DNA of 64,000 nucleotides from Candidatus Marinacidobacterales bacterium (GTDB lineage: Bacteria; Acidobacteriota; Vicinamibacteria; Marinacidobacterales; SMYC01), in assembly GCA_965237955.1 (NCBI GenBank), contig OZ250169.1, positions 2,048,001-2,112,000 on the forward strand, read 5' to 3'. The notes under the pieces were generated by a model. The model searched no databases. It was given only the letters and a program-made list of their open reading frames with translations, and was not told where the DNA came from. The position numbers and the translations under genes are program-made. Positions 63,944 through 64,000 of the stretch are shown one piece after another. Position 1 is the stretch's first letter; every line of letters starts with the position of its first letter.

Positions 63944-64000
63944 CTCGTGCCACCCAGATAATAGCGCGGCGTGGCCGGTGCGCTACTCCGCTTGCAACGC

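Overview
GC-rich bacterial DNA. An Acidobacteriota (Vicinamibacteria-like) source is inferred, not proven, from an ADOP-type ABC permease remnant and the style of a Ser/Thr kinase fragment. The window has two parts. (1) About 1-37 kb is a decayed accessory region. Its first 25 kb is a mosaic of 0.1-2 kb segments separated by about 25 copies of four related transposon-end families (called A, B, C, D here). Each copy has one sharp terminus (5'-CGTC.. or 5'-TGTG..) and one ragged end, and they often sit inside one another. One copy is attached to a full-length rve/DDE integrase (16524-17615). Segments between the ends carry a duplicated PaaI thioesterase, an ICMT-like methyltransferase, a PD-(D/E)xK nuclease, xth, a membrane glycosyltransferase, fxsA and a DUF3179 gene. 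These are followed by a type I R-M locus with a nonsense mutation in hsdR, IS21/IS3/IS256/IS5 elements or remnants, and several pseudogenes. (2) About 37-64 kb is more ordinary chromosome: a xanthine dehydrogenase-family operon, a PrsW-family protease, a 1475-aa secreted beta-helix/propeller protein, tRNA-Met(CAT), an M20 amidohydrolase, prfC, a BON protein, an ECF sigma/RskA/DUF4331/TPR module with a repeated promoter motif, yjbQ and ppgK. No CRISPR array, reverse transcriptase or rRNA was seen. The best candidate for an undescribed system is the rve-end-delimited gene-capture array at about 1-18.5 kb. All family assignments are from motif recognition by eye; no database searches were run.
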